This document shows positions 1 through 12,467 of a stretch of 64,000 bases of DNA, piece after piece. Position 1 is the first letter of the stretch, and every line of letters begins with the position of its first letter. Made by a program: the position numbers and the translations under genes. This DNA comes from the human T2T-CHM13v2.0 reference genome, Homo sapiens: NCBI RefSeq assembly GCF_009914755.1, contig NC_060932.1; one strand, given 5' to 3'. The notes beneath the pieces were generated by a model. It saw only the letters and a list, made by a program, of their open reading frames with translations. It did no database searches and was not told the DNA's origin.

Positions 1-310
1 CGCCTCCACTGTGTGTGTGACCAGGACAGACGATGCCTCCACTGTGTGTGTGACCAGGACAGACGGCGCCTCCACTGTGTGAGACCAGGACAGACGGCGC
101 CTCCACTGTGTGTGACCAGGACAGACGATGCCTCCACTGTGTGTGTGACCAGGACAGACGCCTCCACTGTGTGTGACCAGGACAGACGATGCCTCCACTG
201 TGTGTATGACCAGGACAGACGACGCCTCCACTGTGTGTGACCAGGACAGACGGCGCCTCCACTGTGTGTGTGACCGGGACAGATGACACCTCCACTGTGT
301 GTGACCAGGA
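1..310. repeat. Minisatellite, ~28-33 bp unit GACCAGGACAGACG(GCG/ATG)CCTCCACT(GT)n, ~10 copies, truncated by window start
   Basis: Directly visible tandem copies; unit length varies through an internal GT run. Confidence 0.97.
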
Positions 311-671
311 GCCTTTTGGCTTGTGTTTCCTGTGGGGTTTCCATACCCAGGGCTGTAGAAGCAGGACGGGGACTGACTGAGCCTGCAAGGGGCCTGCCGT
401 GGGCGGGTAGACTCGTCTGAGTGCAAGTGGCCACCTCACTCCTCTCCACGCTACTGGGTTCATCCCTGTCCCAGGCCTCCAGCTGCTTTAGTTCAGGGCA
501 GGCAAACTGTGGCCTGCATCCTGCCACTGAGTTTGCAGAGAAAGTTTGATTGGACACAGCCACACCTATGGCTTTGTAGTGCTTGGGGCCACTTTCCTAG
601 TTGTGGCAGAGAACAAGTGTACCCCACAACCTGAACTATTCCCACCCCATCCCTTTGTGGAAAGCGCTCAC

Positions 672-895
672 TGACCCCTGCCCCTACAGGCCCTCCGTCC
701 TCAGCTTGGCCCTGCTCAGTCAGCTGCATTGACCAAGACTCTCACATGACCCCTGCCCCTACAGGCCCTCCATCCTCATGCTTGGCCCTGCTCAGTCAGA
801 TGCATTATCCTAGACTCTCACATGATCCCTGCCCCTATAGGCCCTCCGTCCTCAGCTTGTCCCTGCTCAATCAGATGCGTTATCCCAGACTCTGA
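672..895. repeat. Tandem repeat, 75-76 bp x 3
   Basis: TGAC/TCCCTGCCCCTAC/TAGGCCCTCC... recurs at 672, 747 and 823. Confidence 0.92.
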
Positions 896-2039
896 CACCA
901 TAGGACTTCCTTCTTTGAACACTGATTCCGGCTGATGTTCAGTGTGTGACTAAACTGAGCTGTGAAGAAACTCAATTGATTTGACCACAGCATGTTTTAC
1001 TGGGATTCTATTTTGCATTAGGTTGGGAAGTCCTCCTGCAAGCAAACCTGGTTTATTGTCTTATTAGTGAGTGCCCTAGCTCTTGGCTGCCCTATGAATG
1101 GCAGTCACTGCCAGGCTCAGCCAGGCCTGCCCTGCTGAAGTTGACCAGCAGTCCCAGTGGCTGAAGGCCTGGAGGCAGCAGTGACTCTGTCCTCCTGGGT
1201 CTGCCTGTGCTGGGCTTTAAGCACACATTGCTCTTGGCAGAAATTAAAGTTTATCTGTCCTCATAATTACGTTGAGGTCTCCTACATTAAGTAATCTGTG
1301 ATATTTAAACAAAGTTCATACTTTTTACATTTAATTGACTATTTTAGGTCATATTCCTTATCAACTGGAAATATTTTGTTAATTCAAAGGAAACACATTT
1401 CAGCAGTCACTTTAACTAAAAAGTCTTTGCTATTTGAGATTTTATCTTCTTGTCTGTTAAAAAACTGTTTGGCACCTTAATTTGCATGAATCGATTTCCA
1501 GTCGCTCAAATCCAGTTTGTGCAATGACAAGCTGGTGTGGCTGAAACGGCAGTTGCTCAAGAGCATTAGAACAGCCTTCACCATGTGGGTTTACATGGAC
1601 AGCACGGTCAGCAGACAGTGAGACGGGCGCTTGTCCACTCGTCTGACACCGTGGGGCCATAGGAGGCAGCGACTGAGAAGGTCAGTCCCATTAAAAATGC
1701 CCTTTGGCTCATCTGGAAGCTGTATCTCTGGTCATGCACCATGCCAGCCACGCCAGCCACGCCAGCATTATCACGGCATGTGCTTTAAAATCATGCAGAC
1801 GTTGTTCTAGAGTGAGTGTGAACAGCTTTCACACTTGGGCACTGTGCCGGTTCCCATGCTGGCTTTCCCACATGCACACAGGTGGCTGGCACGCAGCTCT
1901 GCACCTCTTACTGTTGGGAGCTCAGAAGCCTCTCTCTGTGGTGGTTTTTCATCTCGGGATAATTGAACCCAGCTGGGAAGTACCAGGACCAGAGAATCTC
2001 TGCTGCATAATATCACCACCCCGTGGCAACTCACAAAGC

Positions 2040-2143
2040 AAGATTTTCACCGAGAATCGCACATAGAAATAATTTCACATCTGCTTCTGGAAAGATTTTC
2101 ACCGAGAATCGCACATAGAAAGAATTCCACATCTGCTTCTGGA
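2040..2143. repeat. Tandem duplication, 52 bp x 2
   Basis: AAGATTTTCACCGAGAATCGCACATAGAAA...CTTCTGGA at 2040 and 2092. Confidence 0.93.
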
Positions 2144-4782
2144 GCACATTTCCCTCTAAAGAGAGGGGCAGAGCGACTTCACCGTCTGTCGTCATCTGGT
2201 GGTGGAAACCACTTCTAGGTTTGAAGGTGAGTTATTCATGCTGGAATTTCGTGATCTCTGTGGGGACTGTGGCTTATTCATTGGAGCTTGAATATTTTTC
2301 AGGGTTTGCTTTGGTGTGATTATACATATAAAGATATGTCTAGAATTCATGTCTCTATCAGACTCTGATTCTTTCACCCTGAGGTGTACCCACTTCTGCC
2401 CTCCCGCCGACCTAGCACCTATGTCAGACTGGGGGATTCAGGTAAAATAAACCGAGGGAAGTCTTGAGCTTGAGGCAGAGCCACTGGTTTCTTGCAGGGA
2501 CAAAGTCAGGCAGCAGTGGTAGCGTTCCCTTCCGGGATGGCCTGTGTGTGTGTGAATGCAGGGCGTGGGGAGGGACAAAAGTTGTTTCCCCAGCAGCACG
2601 ATAAAATCACTTTGTGAACTTTGGTTCAGTATTTTATTTGTCAAAGAAGTTAAGTTGCTTAACATTTTAACTGTCAACAAATAAGTAGATACATGCATTA
2701 AAATTTGATGGCCATTAAATAATTTTTATAAAGCAAATATATCAAGTATAAAATAAATCATACAATTATTCAAGTATCCATACAGTGGCCTGACTTTTAT
2801 TGATTGCCTTACAAGTAAAATTTACTTATTTGTTTCTACAAGGAAGCCATCCTGCTTTAAAAAGTTTTCAGCTCCAGAGGGACCAATTTGGGTATGAAAC
2901 CCTGAAGCGTATTAGAAAGTGACCGTTAATTGCTAACCTGAGAGAACGTTTGTATTCCAGGCTGTCATGAAGCCCCTGACTGGCTTAAGGACAGATTATT
3001 TTATTCAATGGTTCTGGTTGATTCCTATCTCTAATCCAAGCCCTCTGTTTCTTACTCCATGTAGTAAGGGCTGAGGCATTATAGCTTAGCAGTCTTCAGA
3101 AATCTTTTACATGTATTATCGCACCTGATTTTGTACTGAATTGAAGAAGGGATTGAGGTCTCAGAGATGGTGCTCACACAATGTGTTGAGCACATCAGGG
3201 CATGTCTGAGAGTGAGAGTGAACGCATTGACAGCATTGTCAGGAGAACAGTCATTAACAGCGATGGTGGTGAGCACACTGGGACCTGTGAGCACCCTGAT
3301 CTTAGGACTCACTGAGTAAGGGGAACCAACACCCACTCAGACTGTCTTTGGTAAACATTAAAGAGTAGCCATCTGTGTGTCAGGAGAATACGCACAGAAC
3401 CCAGGGCACAGAGGGGAGAGCTGGGGCTCCAGCCACGGGTTTGGGACCCAGGCTTTACGGCTCCAGAGACTGAACAGTCTTGGGATTCCTACAAGAGTGA
3501 CTCTGGCCAGCTCAGCACAGCTGGGACCATCCCTGCCTCATCCCCCATTCATACAAATGCTCATCTAGGTCTTAAGAGCAGGCAAAGCAATTAATCAATA
3601 TCCCACTGCAGTAGGACAAAGTGTTATGCACCTTTTATAGATAAACTAAAAGGAATAGTCATTCCAAAGATTACCATGCACGTGTCACACCTGGGATGCA
3701 GACTCATGGTACTGGATTAGCCCACAGTTTTGTTCCTATGATGGTCACTTGTGCCTACAGATAATTAATATCAATTTGAGTATATTCTTGGGAGTAAATA
3801 GCTCTAGTAAAAGTGATATAGCTTAAATATCTTAAGAAGATATTGTTACCCTTGACATCAGAAACATAAGAAGGATGGAACGCATAGATTTGCTGATTTT
3901 TCCAGGTGTACAGATTATAAGCTGCCAGCCCTAAAATACGATATATTTTGGAAAGTGCTCAGAGAGAACAATTGAAATGACCCATTTCATTCCCTGAGGA
4001 TGAAAATGCTCTAAGGTGAGAGCAGAAACCATGAGGGTGGCGTGTGGCATTTCTCTTGTTTGACTCGAGCAAAGGCATTCCATTATTGGCAGGGGCAGAT
4101 TAGCCATGTTGAGCTCAGCTAGCATTTTTGGACCAATTATGGGAGTGATTTCCCCTAATTATAGATCAACAGTTTGTGGGCAGGCAGACACCTGTCTTGG
4201 CTGTCTTGATCTCAGGCAGTCAGAGTCCTGGAAAAACTATTGATATAAGAGGTCAGAGACCACAAATAATTCACTAAGTTAATAAGAACTCAGCTAAAGA
4301 CTCCATGAGACTTCAGCTCACATAATTTTACAGGTGAGTACTTCCCTGGGAAAGGTGGGGGACCCAGTGTCTCCTCCCACCACATCTTCTGCCCATCTCC
4401 CTGTGGGACACCCCAACCCAGATGCTGTGGGGTTGGAATGTGCACACCACTGTCAGTGGTGGGAGGAGGCAGGCACCGTCGGGTTCTGCCTGTGACGTGT
4501 TCCTCTCCCTGGGCTTCTCCTCTTGTTTGTTCCACGACCATCTCCACCCCCCACTTCCTGGGAGCATCTTCTCTCTTGATGTTAGCGCCAGTATTAGGAA
4601 AGGGCCTGAGACCATCATGGCCAAGTTGCATGTGCGAAAGCATCATGGACAAAGCCACTGGCCTTGCAAAGGGGTGAGTTGTACAAAGTCCTGCAAAGAG
4701 CATGTTGGTTGTCACCAGCGAACAGGTGCAGAGAAGCCCAGACAGCACCCAATGCCCGTCTGAGGGCCATGTCCGAGCCACA

Positions 4783-5490
4783 CACCCATCCTCCCTGGGG
4801 GTGGACAGTCCTGTGCTGAGGTAGACACTCCAAACACCACCCACCCTCCCTGGGAGTGGACAGTCCCATGCCGAGGTAGACACTCCAGCCGCCACCCATC
4901 CTCCCTGGGAGTGGACACTCCCGTGCCGAGGTAGATGCTCCAAACAGCACCCACCCTCCCTGGGAGTGGACGGTCCCGTGCCGAGGTAGACACTCTAAAC
5001 ACCACCCACCCTCCCTGGGAGTGGACAGTCCCGTGCCAAGGTAGACGCTCCAAACAGCACCCACCCTCCCTGGGAGTGGACGGTCCCGTGCCAAGGTAGA
5101 CACTCCAGCCGCCATCCATCCTCCCTGGGATTGGACGGTCCCATGCCGAGGTAGACACTCCAGCCGCCACCCATCCTCCCTGGGAGTGGACGGTCACGTG
5201 CCGAGGTAGACACTCCAGCCGCCACCCATCCTCCCTGGGAGTGGACACTCCCGTGCTTAGGTAGATGCTCCAAACAGCACCCACCCTCCCTGGGAGTGGA
5301 CGGTCCCGTGCCGAGGTAGACGCTCCAAACAGCACCCACCCTCCCTGGGGGTGGACAGTACCGTGCCGAGGTAGATGCTCCAACCACAATCCACCCTCCC
5401 TGGGAGTGGACAGTCCCATGCCGAGGTAGACACTCCAGCCGCCACCCATCCCCCCCGGGAGTGGATGGTTCCGTGCCGAGGTAGACACTC
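4783..5490. repeat. 55-bp VNTR, array A (~13 diverged copies)
   Basis: Unit CACCCAYCCTCCCTGGGAGTGGACRGTCCCRTGCCGAGGTAGACACTCCAGCCGC (with AAACAGC/AAACAC variants). Confidence 0.97.
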
Positions 5491-6017
5491 CTTCCTTGTT
5501 GGTATTCAGGGTATTCAGAGTGTTGTCTTTGCACTGAAATTGGCAGCTTTAGAAACACTGGTGGATTTAAACAATCTTGATCTGAATCTTAGAGGCTGTC
5601 ATGTGAATGTCCTCACAGGGAACATATGAAGAACATTAAACTCGCATGTATCTTTGTACAGAGGGAAGGAGCATTGCGATCTGCAGACATCCAGCCACAT
5701 GCCGTGTGTGATGCTGGCACCATGGTCAAGATGGTGACCTTTTCTCCCCAGGCATTGGCGTGATGCCGATTTTCAAATTTTCAAAGGACACACTGTCGCT
5801 AATAGAAATATTTTCTTTTGTTCAGATGCCCAGGGCCAAGGGACTCAAAGAGTATCTGGTCAGGTTGTTCTCAGCGTGCCTGAGATATAGCAGTTCAGAA
5901 GTGGAGCTATCACGTAGGTCTGTTCGCTGGGCTCTACATCTGTGACTGAAGCTGGATCAGTTCAGCTGTCTTCGCTCCTCTCTCTGTAGCAATATGTAGA
6001 GGGGGTGTTCGTTGATG

Positions 6018-6135
6018 GATTGATGAGGTCTTATGATGTTCCCAGGCCAGATTCTAACTCCTGGGTTCAAGCAGCATCCCATGACCTGAGCCTCCCCTGT
6101 AGCGGGCACTGTAGTTGCACACCGCAGCACCTGGC
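6018..6135 (-). mobile_element. Old Alu monomer (FLAM/FRAM-like SINE)
   Basis: ...GAGGTCTTATGATGTTCCCAGGCCAGATTCTAACTCCTGGGTTCAAGCAG...CCTGAGCCTCCC... matches a reverse-complement Alu monomer; heavily diverged. Confidence 0.7.
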
Positions 6136-6492
6136 TGGAGTCCTGTTTGAGGTCCAGCAACAAGCGAGTTACTGAGAATGAGAATGACCTTTGTGTGTGT
6201 GAACCTCAGTGTGCGTGTGTTTCAGCGCAACAGTGTCGGCAGGCCCCGTTTGTTCCTGCTCAGGACCTGGTGATCATTGTTCCCCACGTGTGGCTCAAAT
6301 ATCATTAGCGGCTCTTGTTTCTTACCAGCACCTTTTCCCCATCGCAGCCCAGCCCTGCTTTCCTTAGAGTGCACCTGTGAGGTCTTGCCCCACCTCATTC
6401 TGCAGCGAGATGGGGCATTCCCGTTTCAATGTCTGTCTGTGTTGATATTTTCAAATAATGCTTGGTCTTTCCGTCTGCAAGTGCTCAAACTT

Positions 6493-6498
<6 letters not shown>

Positions 6499-6544
<46 letters not shown>
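6499..6544. repeat. (TG)~23 microsatellite
   Basis: Perfect TG run. Confidence 0.98.
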
Positions 6545-6547
<3 letters not shown>

Positions 6548-6766
6548 TTTGCTTCCGATGCTCTGCAAAATCCCGGCTGCTGCTTTCTAAGTGTGGGTGG
6601 CTGTGGGTTTGCACCTTCCCCTTTTTCTCAGCCTCCACCTCTTGTGTCTCAGGGCCCCTGTCTTCCTCATGCCTCTGTCCAGGTGCCATGTGCGGTGTGG
6701 GGTGTTTCAGACCTCTTCCTGCAGGACGAGGCCTCCGGCTTGGGCTGTAAGTGAATCCCCAGTGGA

Positions 6767-7528
6767 GGAGTGGACAGTCCCATGCCAAGGTAGATGCTCC
6801 ATCCACCACCCACCCTCCCTGGGGGTGGACAGTTCCGTGCCGAGGTAGACACTCCAAACACCACCCACCCTCCCTGGAAGTGGACAGCCCCGTGCCGAGG
6901 CAGACACCCCAGCCACCACCCACCCTCCCTGGGGGTGGACAGTCCCGTGCCGAGGCAGACACCCCAGCCACCACCCACCCTCCCTGGGGGTGGACAGTCC
7001 CGTGCCGAGGCAGACACCCCAGCCGCCACCCACCCTCCCTGGGGGTGGACAGTCCCGTGCCGAGGCAGACACCCCAGCCGCCACCCACCCTCCCTGGGGG
7101 TGGACAGTCCCGTGCCGAGGCAGACACCCCAGCCGCCACCCACCCTCCCTGGGGGTGGACAGTCCCGTGCCGAGGCAGACACCCCAGCCGCCACCCACCC
7201 TCCCTGGGGGTGGACAGTCCCGTGCCGAGGCAGACACCCCAGCCGCCACCCACCCTCCCTGGGGGTGGACAGTCCCGTGCCGAGGCAGACACCCCAGCCG
7301 CCACCCACCCTCCCTGGGGGTGGACAGTCCCGTGCCGAGGCAGACACCCCAGCCGCCACCCACCCTCCCTGGGGGTGGACAGTCCCGTGCCGAGGCAGAC
7401 ACCCCAGCCGCCACCCACCCTCCCTGGGGGTGGACAGTCCCGTGCCGAGGCAGACACCCCAGCCGCCACCCACCCTCCCTGGGGGTGGACAGTCCCGTGC
7501 CAAAGGAGACGCTCCAACCACCACCCAT
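6767..7528. repeat. 55-bp VNTR, array B (~14 copies, centre homogeneous)
   Basis: Unit CCACCCTCCCTGGGGGTGGACAGTCCCGTGCCGAGGCAGACACCCCAGCCGCCAC; same family as array A. Confidence 0.98.
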
Positions 7529-8067
7529 GCCAAGGTAGTGCCTGCACCTCTGCCTGGCACAGCAGCTTGGGGGCGGCTCTTCCCCCGCTGTGCCCTCTGT
7601 GGTGGGGGTGCCTCCTTGCTTCCTTTGAAGAGCTTTACTCCCTCATGCTCTGTTGTATGACTGGAGACAGAACTAAAACTAAAAGGAGGCAACAGAGGAG
7701 GAGTGCGGTGGGTTTGTTCTCTCTGCTCGTGAAGAACTCACAGGCGCTTCAGCAGGGCTGGGTCACGGTCACGTAGGGTCCTCTGGGTGAAACGGACCTT
7801 CTTATGGAGCCTCCTGTGGGACACGCGTGAGGGGCTTAGGCCAGCGGCGTCTCAAGCTCATTTTGAAGAACCGAGATGTGACTCCATTTCCCAACTGCAG
7901 CCCTTGATCCTTGTAATAAGGGGAAGCTGGGATAGAACCTTGGCGTGGCAGAGTCTGGAATGACGGACAGAGGTGTTGGTGTGGGTCTCTCCCTTTCGGG
8001 AGCGGCTGCCTTTTTCCACAAGAGTAGCCGTTCTCTCTCTCTCTGTGTCTCTGCTCCCCCCTCTCCT

Positions 8068-8199
8068 GTGTGTGTGCATATGCGTGCATGTGCATGTGTG
8101 TGCATGTGTGTGTGCGCGTGTATGTGTGTGCGTGTATGTGTGTGCGTGCATGTGCGTGTGCATGTGTGTGTGCGTGTGTGTGTGCGCACGTGTGTGTGT
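8068..8199. repeat. Imperfect (TG)n/(TGCA)n/(TGCG)n simple repeat
   Basis: Alternating purine-pyrimidine tract. Confidence 0.92.
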
Positions 8200-10300
8200 C
8201 TTAATTAGTTGCATTGTTTGGGTTGCCCTAGAACATTCTTAAATCATAGCCTGAGCAACTTCCAAACAAGCAAACACGGTGCCGCCCTCTTTCACACTCC
8301 CCCGACCTGGATCCCCGATCCTGAATCCAAACTTCATGACGTGTCTGAAGATTGTTTTCAAGGCTGTTCTCTTGGTCTCTGTCCAGCACGTCTTCCCATA
8401 AACTTAACTGAGCCCGGCATTGGGATGACAAAGATTAATAAAATAGGATTCTTTCCAGAGAAGCCCATTTTCTGGTTGGAAAAGATATGACTACAAAGTA
8501 ATTATAATGTAAATAAATACACTAAAAGAAGCACAAAGAGTTACCAGAATAGTTAAGTCAAATGTCTTTTTTGGTTTTAAGTGATCGATATGGCGGAGAG
8601 CAGCTGTGTGGAATTCTGCCGCTCGGTGAGGATGAGCGATGCCTGGAGAACCTTCCACATTTGGTCTTCTCTGTACTTGCCCACCCTCCCCTAGAGCCAT
8701 GCCTGGCTCTGATAAAGTGCTACTTTATAAATTTTAGGTTATTTGAAAGAAGCAAAAGGAACAAATGACAGGGGAGGCAGGGAGGGACCAGCCTAACGGG
8801 GGTTCTGAGAGACACGGTCGCAATGGCTCTGAGGCCTGTCAGCCTTGGGAGTTTCCAGCTGTGAGCATGGTGCCCTGGCTTCTGTGTGTACTGAGAAAAG
8901 ACAATATACAAAGTGAGGGACAGGGACAGAGCACGCTGCAGGGAAAGTTCCGTAGAGTTTCTAGGGAGCAGGGAGCACCTGGGACGCACATCTGGGCTCC
9001 AGCAGCAGGGCTGAGACGGTGCCCTGAAGCTGCACCAGGGATTCCCGGCAGAAGGCTCCGGCCCGTCCAGGCCGCCTCCAGCACCACCATGCACTTCGTC
9101 CCGGCTTCCAGGAGCCCTGGCAGAAACGGAGCTCAGCTGCCAGTCTGGCGTCCTCGAACATGCTGCGAGTGGCGTTGGTGCCCATGGCTGTGAAAATGGA
9201 ATCGTTGTCACCTCATCCAGGACGTGCCTCACGATCGTGCTGTCTCGTTGGTGGAGACGTTTGCCGTCTTCCGAAGCTTCTCTGCACCAGACCCTCTGAG
9301 ATGGCGCGCTTGCCCCATGACCCCAACGCTTTGCTCTTCACGTCTCCTTTGACAAACCACTGTGACTTCAGATTGCCGTTCACATGGAAGCTCCACTTCA
9401 CGGTTGGTGTTGTACTGTCTGGCTTTGTGGACGAGGACGCCCGCCGCCTTGGCTGCACCCTGGAATGCCTTGCACTGGGCCCCGGCTGCACGTGCCTGCT
9501 CCGACCTGCTCCTGCTGTGATCTAAACTGCTGGCTGGGCTGCCAGTTTTTCTAATTATCTTTTTCCTTTTCTTTGCAGGTTGTCTTATATTGAGAACATT
9601 TTCTTAATTTGTCACTGCATTAATGTCCACATCTGGAAACTGACAAAATTCACAATAATAGATGACAAGAAGTTATATTACTCTGTAGACATTGATTTTG
9701 TCATTTTGAATTGAAAATATTGAAAACTGAAATTAAACATATGGAATACTGCACATGGCTCAGGTTTCTTACTCATGCAAAACAGCATTGAGTGTTATCA
9801 GTGCTACGTATTCTATGCTTTAGGTAAAATATTTATGAAAATACCCATGAGATTAACGACTTATATGATATTCTAACTGACCCCCAACACATTTATTCTA
9901 ATTTCTTCTGATCTTTGAAGTTCTAAAGGTTATCGCTAAACATTGGGAATATGTATCTTTTTAAGATATGCCTGTTCTATAAATTTTTAAATATCATTTA
10001 CATTGTACGCTTAAAAGTTAACCAAATAAGAATCACATTTGAAAAGTTAGAAGTAATTACCACACTGTTTGTGGCAGGTGAAATATGTGCCCATAATGGC
10101 TGTGCCTCTTTATTTCTAGTATTTAGGGAAGGGTTTTTTTTTACGTAAATTGTTTTACAGAAAAGGTATAAACACAAGATGGGAAATGGAAGAAGTTCAT
10201 TATATTTCACAGTTATATAACAACTTGTTATGAAACAGGATTATAACAAAGTTAGCATATTTGTGAATTATGCGTTAATCCAGCACATATTAGTTACACG

Positions 10301-11612
10301 CCCGTGGTGCTGCAGGTGAGGTGCCGGGTGCCCATTATTCTCCAGGTGGGGTGCCAGGCACCCATTCTCCAGGTGTGGTACCAGGTGCCCGTTATTCTCC
10401 AGGTGGGGTGCTTGGTGCCCGTTATTCTCCAGGTGGGGTGCTCGGTGCCTGTTATTCTCCAGGTGCGGTGCCAGGCGCTCGTTATTCTCCAGTTGGGGTG
10501 TCAGGCGCCCATTATTCTCCAGGTTTGGTGCCAGGTGCCGGTTACTCCCCAGGTAGGGTGCTCGGTGCCCATTATTCTCCAGGTGGGGTGCCAAGCGCCC
10601 GTTATTCTCCAGGTGGGGTGCCAGGGGCCCGTTATTCTCCAGGTGGGGTGTCAGGCGCCCGTTATTCTCCAGGTGGGGTACCAGGCGCCCGTTATTCTCC
10701 AGCTGGGGTGCCAGGCGCCCGTTATTCTCCAGGTGGGGTGTCAGGCGCCCGTTATTCTCCAGGTGGGGTGTCAGGCGCCCGTTATTCTCCAGGTGGGGTG
10801 TCAGGCGCCCGTTATTCTCCAGGTCGGGTGTCAGGCGCCCGTTATTCTCCAGGTGGGGTGTCAGGCGCCCGTTATTCTCCAGGTGGGGTGTCAGGCGCCC
10901 GTTATTCTCCAGGTGGGGTGCCAGGCGCCCGTTATTCTCCAGGTGGGGTGCTCGGTGCCTGTTATTCTCCAGGTGCGGTGCCAGGCGCTCGTTATTCTCT
11001 AGGTGGGGTGTCAGGCGCCCATTATTCTCCAGGTGCAGTGCCAGGTGCCGGTTACTCTCCAGGTAGGGTGCTCGGTGCCCATTATTCTCCAGGTGGGGTG
11101 CCAAGCGCCCGTTATTCTCCAGGTGGGGTGCCAGGGGCCCGTTATTCTCCAGGTGGGGTGTCACGCGCCCGTTATTCTCCAGGTGGGGTACCAGGCGCCC
11201 GTTATTCTCCAGTTGGGGTGCCAGGCGCCCATTATTCTCCAGGTGGGGTGTCAGGCGCCCGTTATTCTCCAGGTGGGGTGTCAGGCGCCCGTTATTCTCC
11301 AGGTGGGGTGTCAGGCGCCCGTTATTCTCCAGGTCGGGTGTCAGGCGCCCGTTATTCTCCAGGTCGGGTGTCAGGCGCCCGTTATTCTCCAGGTGGGGTG
11401 TCAGGCACCCGTTATTCTCCAGGTCGGGTGTCAGGCGCCCCTTATTCTCCAGGTGGGGTGTCAGGCGCCCGTTATTCTCCAGGTGGGGTGTCAGGCGCCC
11501 TTTATTCTCCAGGTGGGGTGCCAGGCGCCCGTTATTCTCCACATGCGGTGCCAGGCACCCGTTATTCTCCAGGTGCAGTGCCAGGTGCCCGTGATGCTCC
11601 AGATGTGCCAGG
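10301..11612. repeat. 30-bp VNTR (~43 copies)
   Basis: Unit GTTATTCTCCAGGTGGGGTGYCAGGCGCCC; explains the ORFs 10268-11719, 10321-11670, etc. Confidence 0.98.
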
Positions 11613-11759
11613 CGTGGCTGCCCTGGCAGTGGATGTGGTATCAGACACAGATGTTCCTCAGAAGCTGTAGGATGCTCACGGGGCTGGAGAGCCACCCAGG
11701 AGCTAGGGTGTGGAGACAAAGGAGGCTGGTGGAGTTAAGATGGGTCACTGCTACTGTCA

Positions 11760-12440
11760 ACCATGGCGGGGAATTTGGAGTTTTAAAGGCAGTGAGAATC
11801 CCTTGGGATTTTTTAAAGCTGGAAGTCTTTTGATCAGAGTTGCATTTTCAGAAGCTCCCTCAGGCTGCAGCATGGAGATGGCTTAGCAGTCTGGAGGGAG
11901 GACAATGGCGGGATGTGGAGGCCTCCACTGTGAGCCTGTGAAGGACGGCCTGACCGAGGGGCAGCCAGGGCAGGAGGGACGTGGGCCCTGAGGGAGGAGG
12001 ATCACTGAAGATGAATTGGACATGGCTTGTGAGGGCGAGGGATCCAAGCTGTCCTAGCTTCCCCTGAGCCTTGGAAGGACTCTGCACTTTCAGCTGGAAA
12101 CAGGTAGTGAGGCTCTGTGAAGGGCTGCAGGTGCAGGGGGAGGAGATAACATAGCGTGGCCGGCCAGGTCCCCAGGGCGTGCCTGTGATCTTGAGTCTAG
12201 CAGGCAGCGGGAGGGCTCTGTAGAAAGTCCACAGAGCCTGCACTGGAACCGCTTGGGAAAGATTCTTCCAGATTTGGATGTCAACTGAAGCCGTAATTCT
12301 GGCTGAGGCTGTCTTGGATGGGATATTAGGGCGAGAAGAGTACAACCTGGGACAAATTTCCAAGGAATACCAGCATTTAGGGTGGGCAGAGTAGTGAGGA
12401 AAGTGGGCAAAGAGTGGCCGAGGTACAGAGGAAACTGGAG
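11760..12440 (-). mobile_element. Ancient L2 LINE fragment(s)
   Basis: TTTGATCAGAGTTGCATTTTCAGAAGCTCCCTCAGGCTGCAGCATGGAGATGG resembles the antisense L2 consensus; purine-rich degenerate continuation. Confidence 0.55.
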
Positions 12441-12467
12441 CGAGAGGCATCAGGGAAATCAATGGAA

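Noticed and set aside
4783-7528. PRDM9 hotspot 13-mer CCNCCNTNNCCNC
   Set aside because: Only the CCTCCCT heptamer is present; the downstream CCNC is missing.
4712-7776. Overlapping 180-350 aa ORFs on both strands
   Set aside because: Artefacts of the stop-free 55-bp repeat.
10268-11833. Decapeptide-repeat ORFs (LENNGRLTPH / ARYSPGGVSG)
   Set aside because: The 30-bp unit is open in several frames on both strands, with no domain context. The resemblance to the Pol II CTD is superficial.
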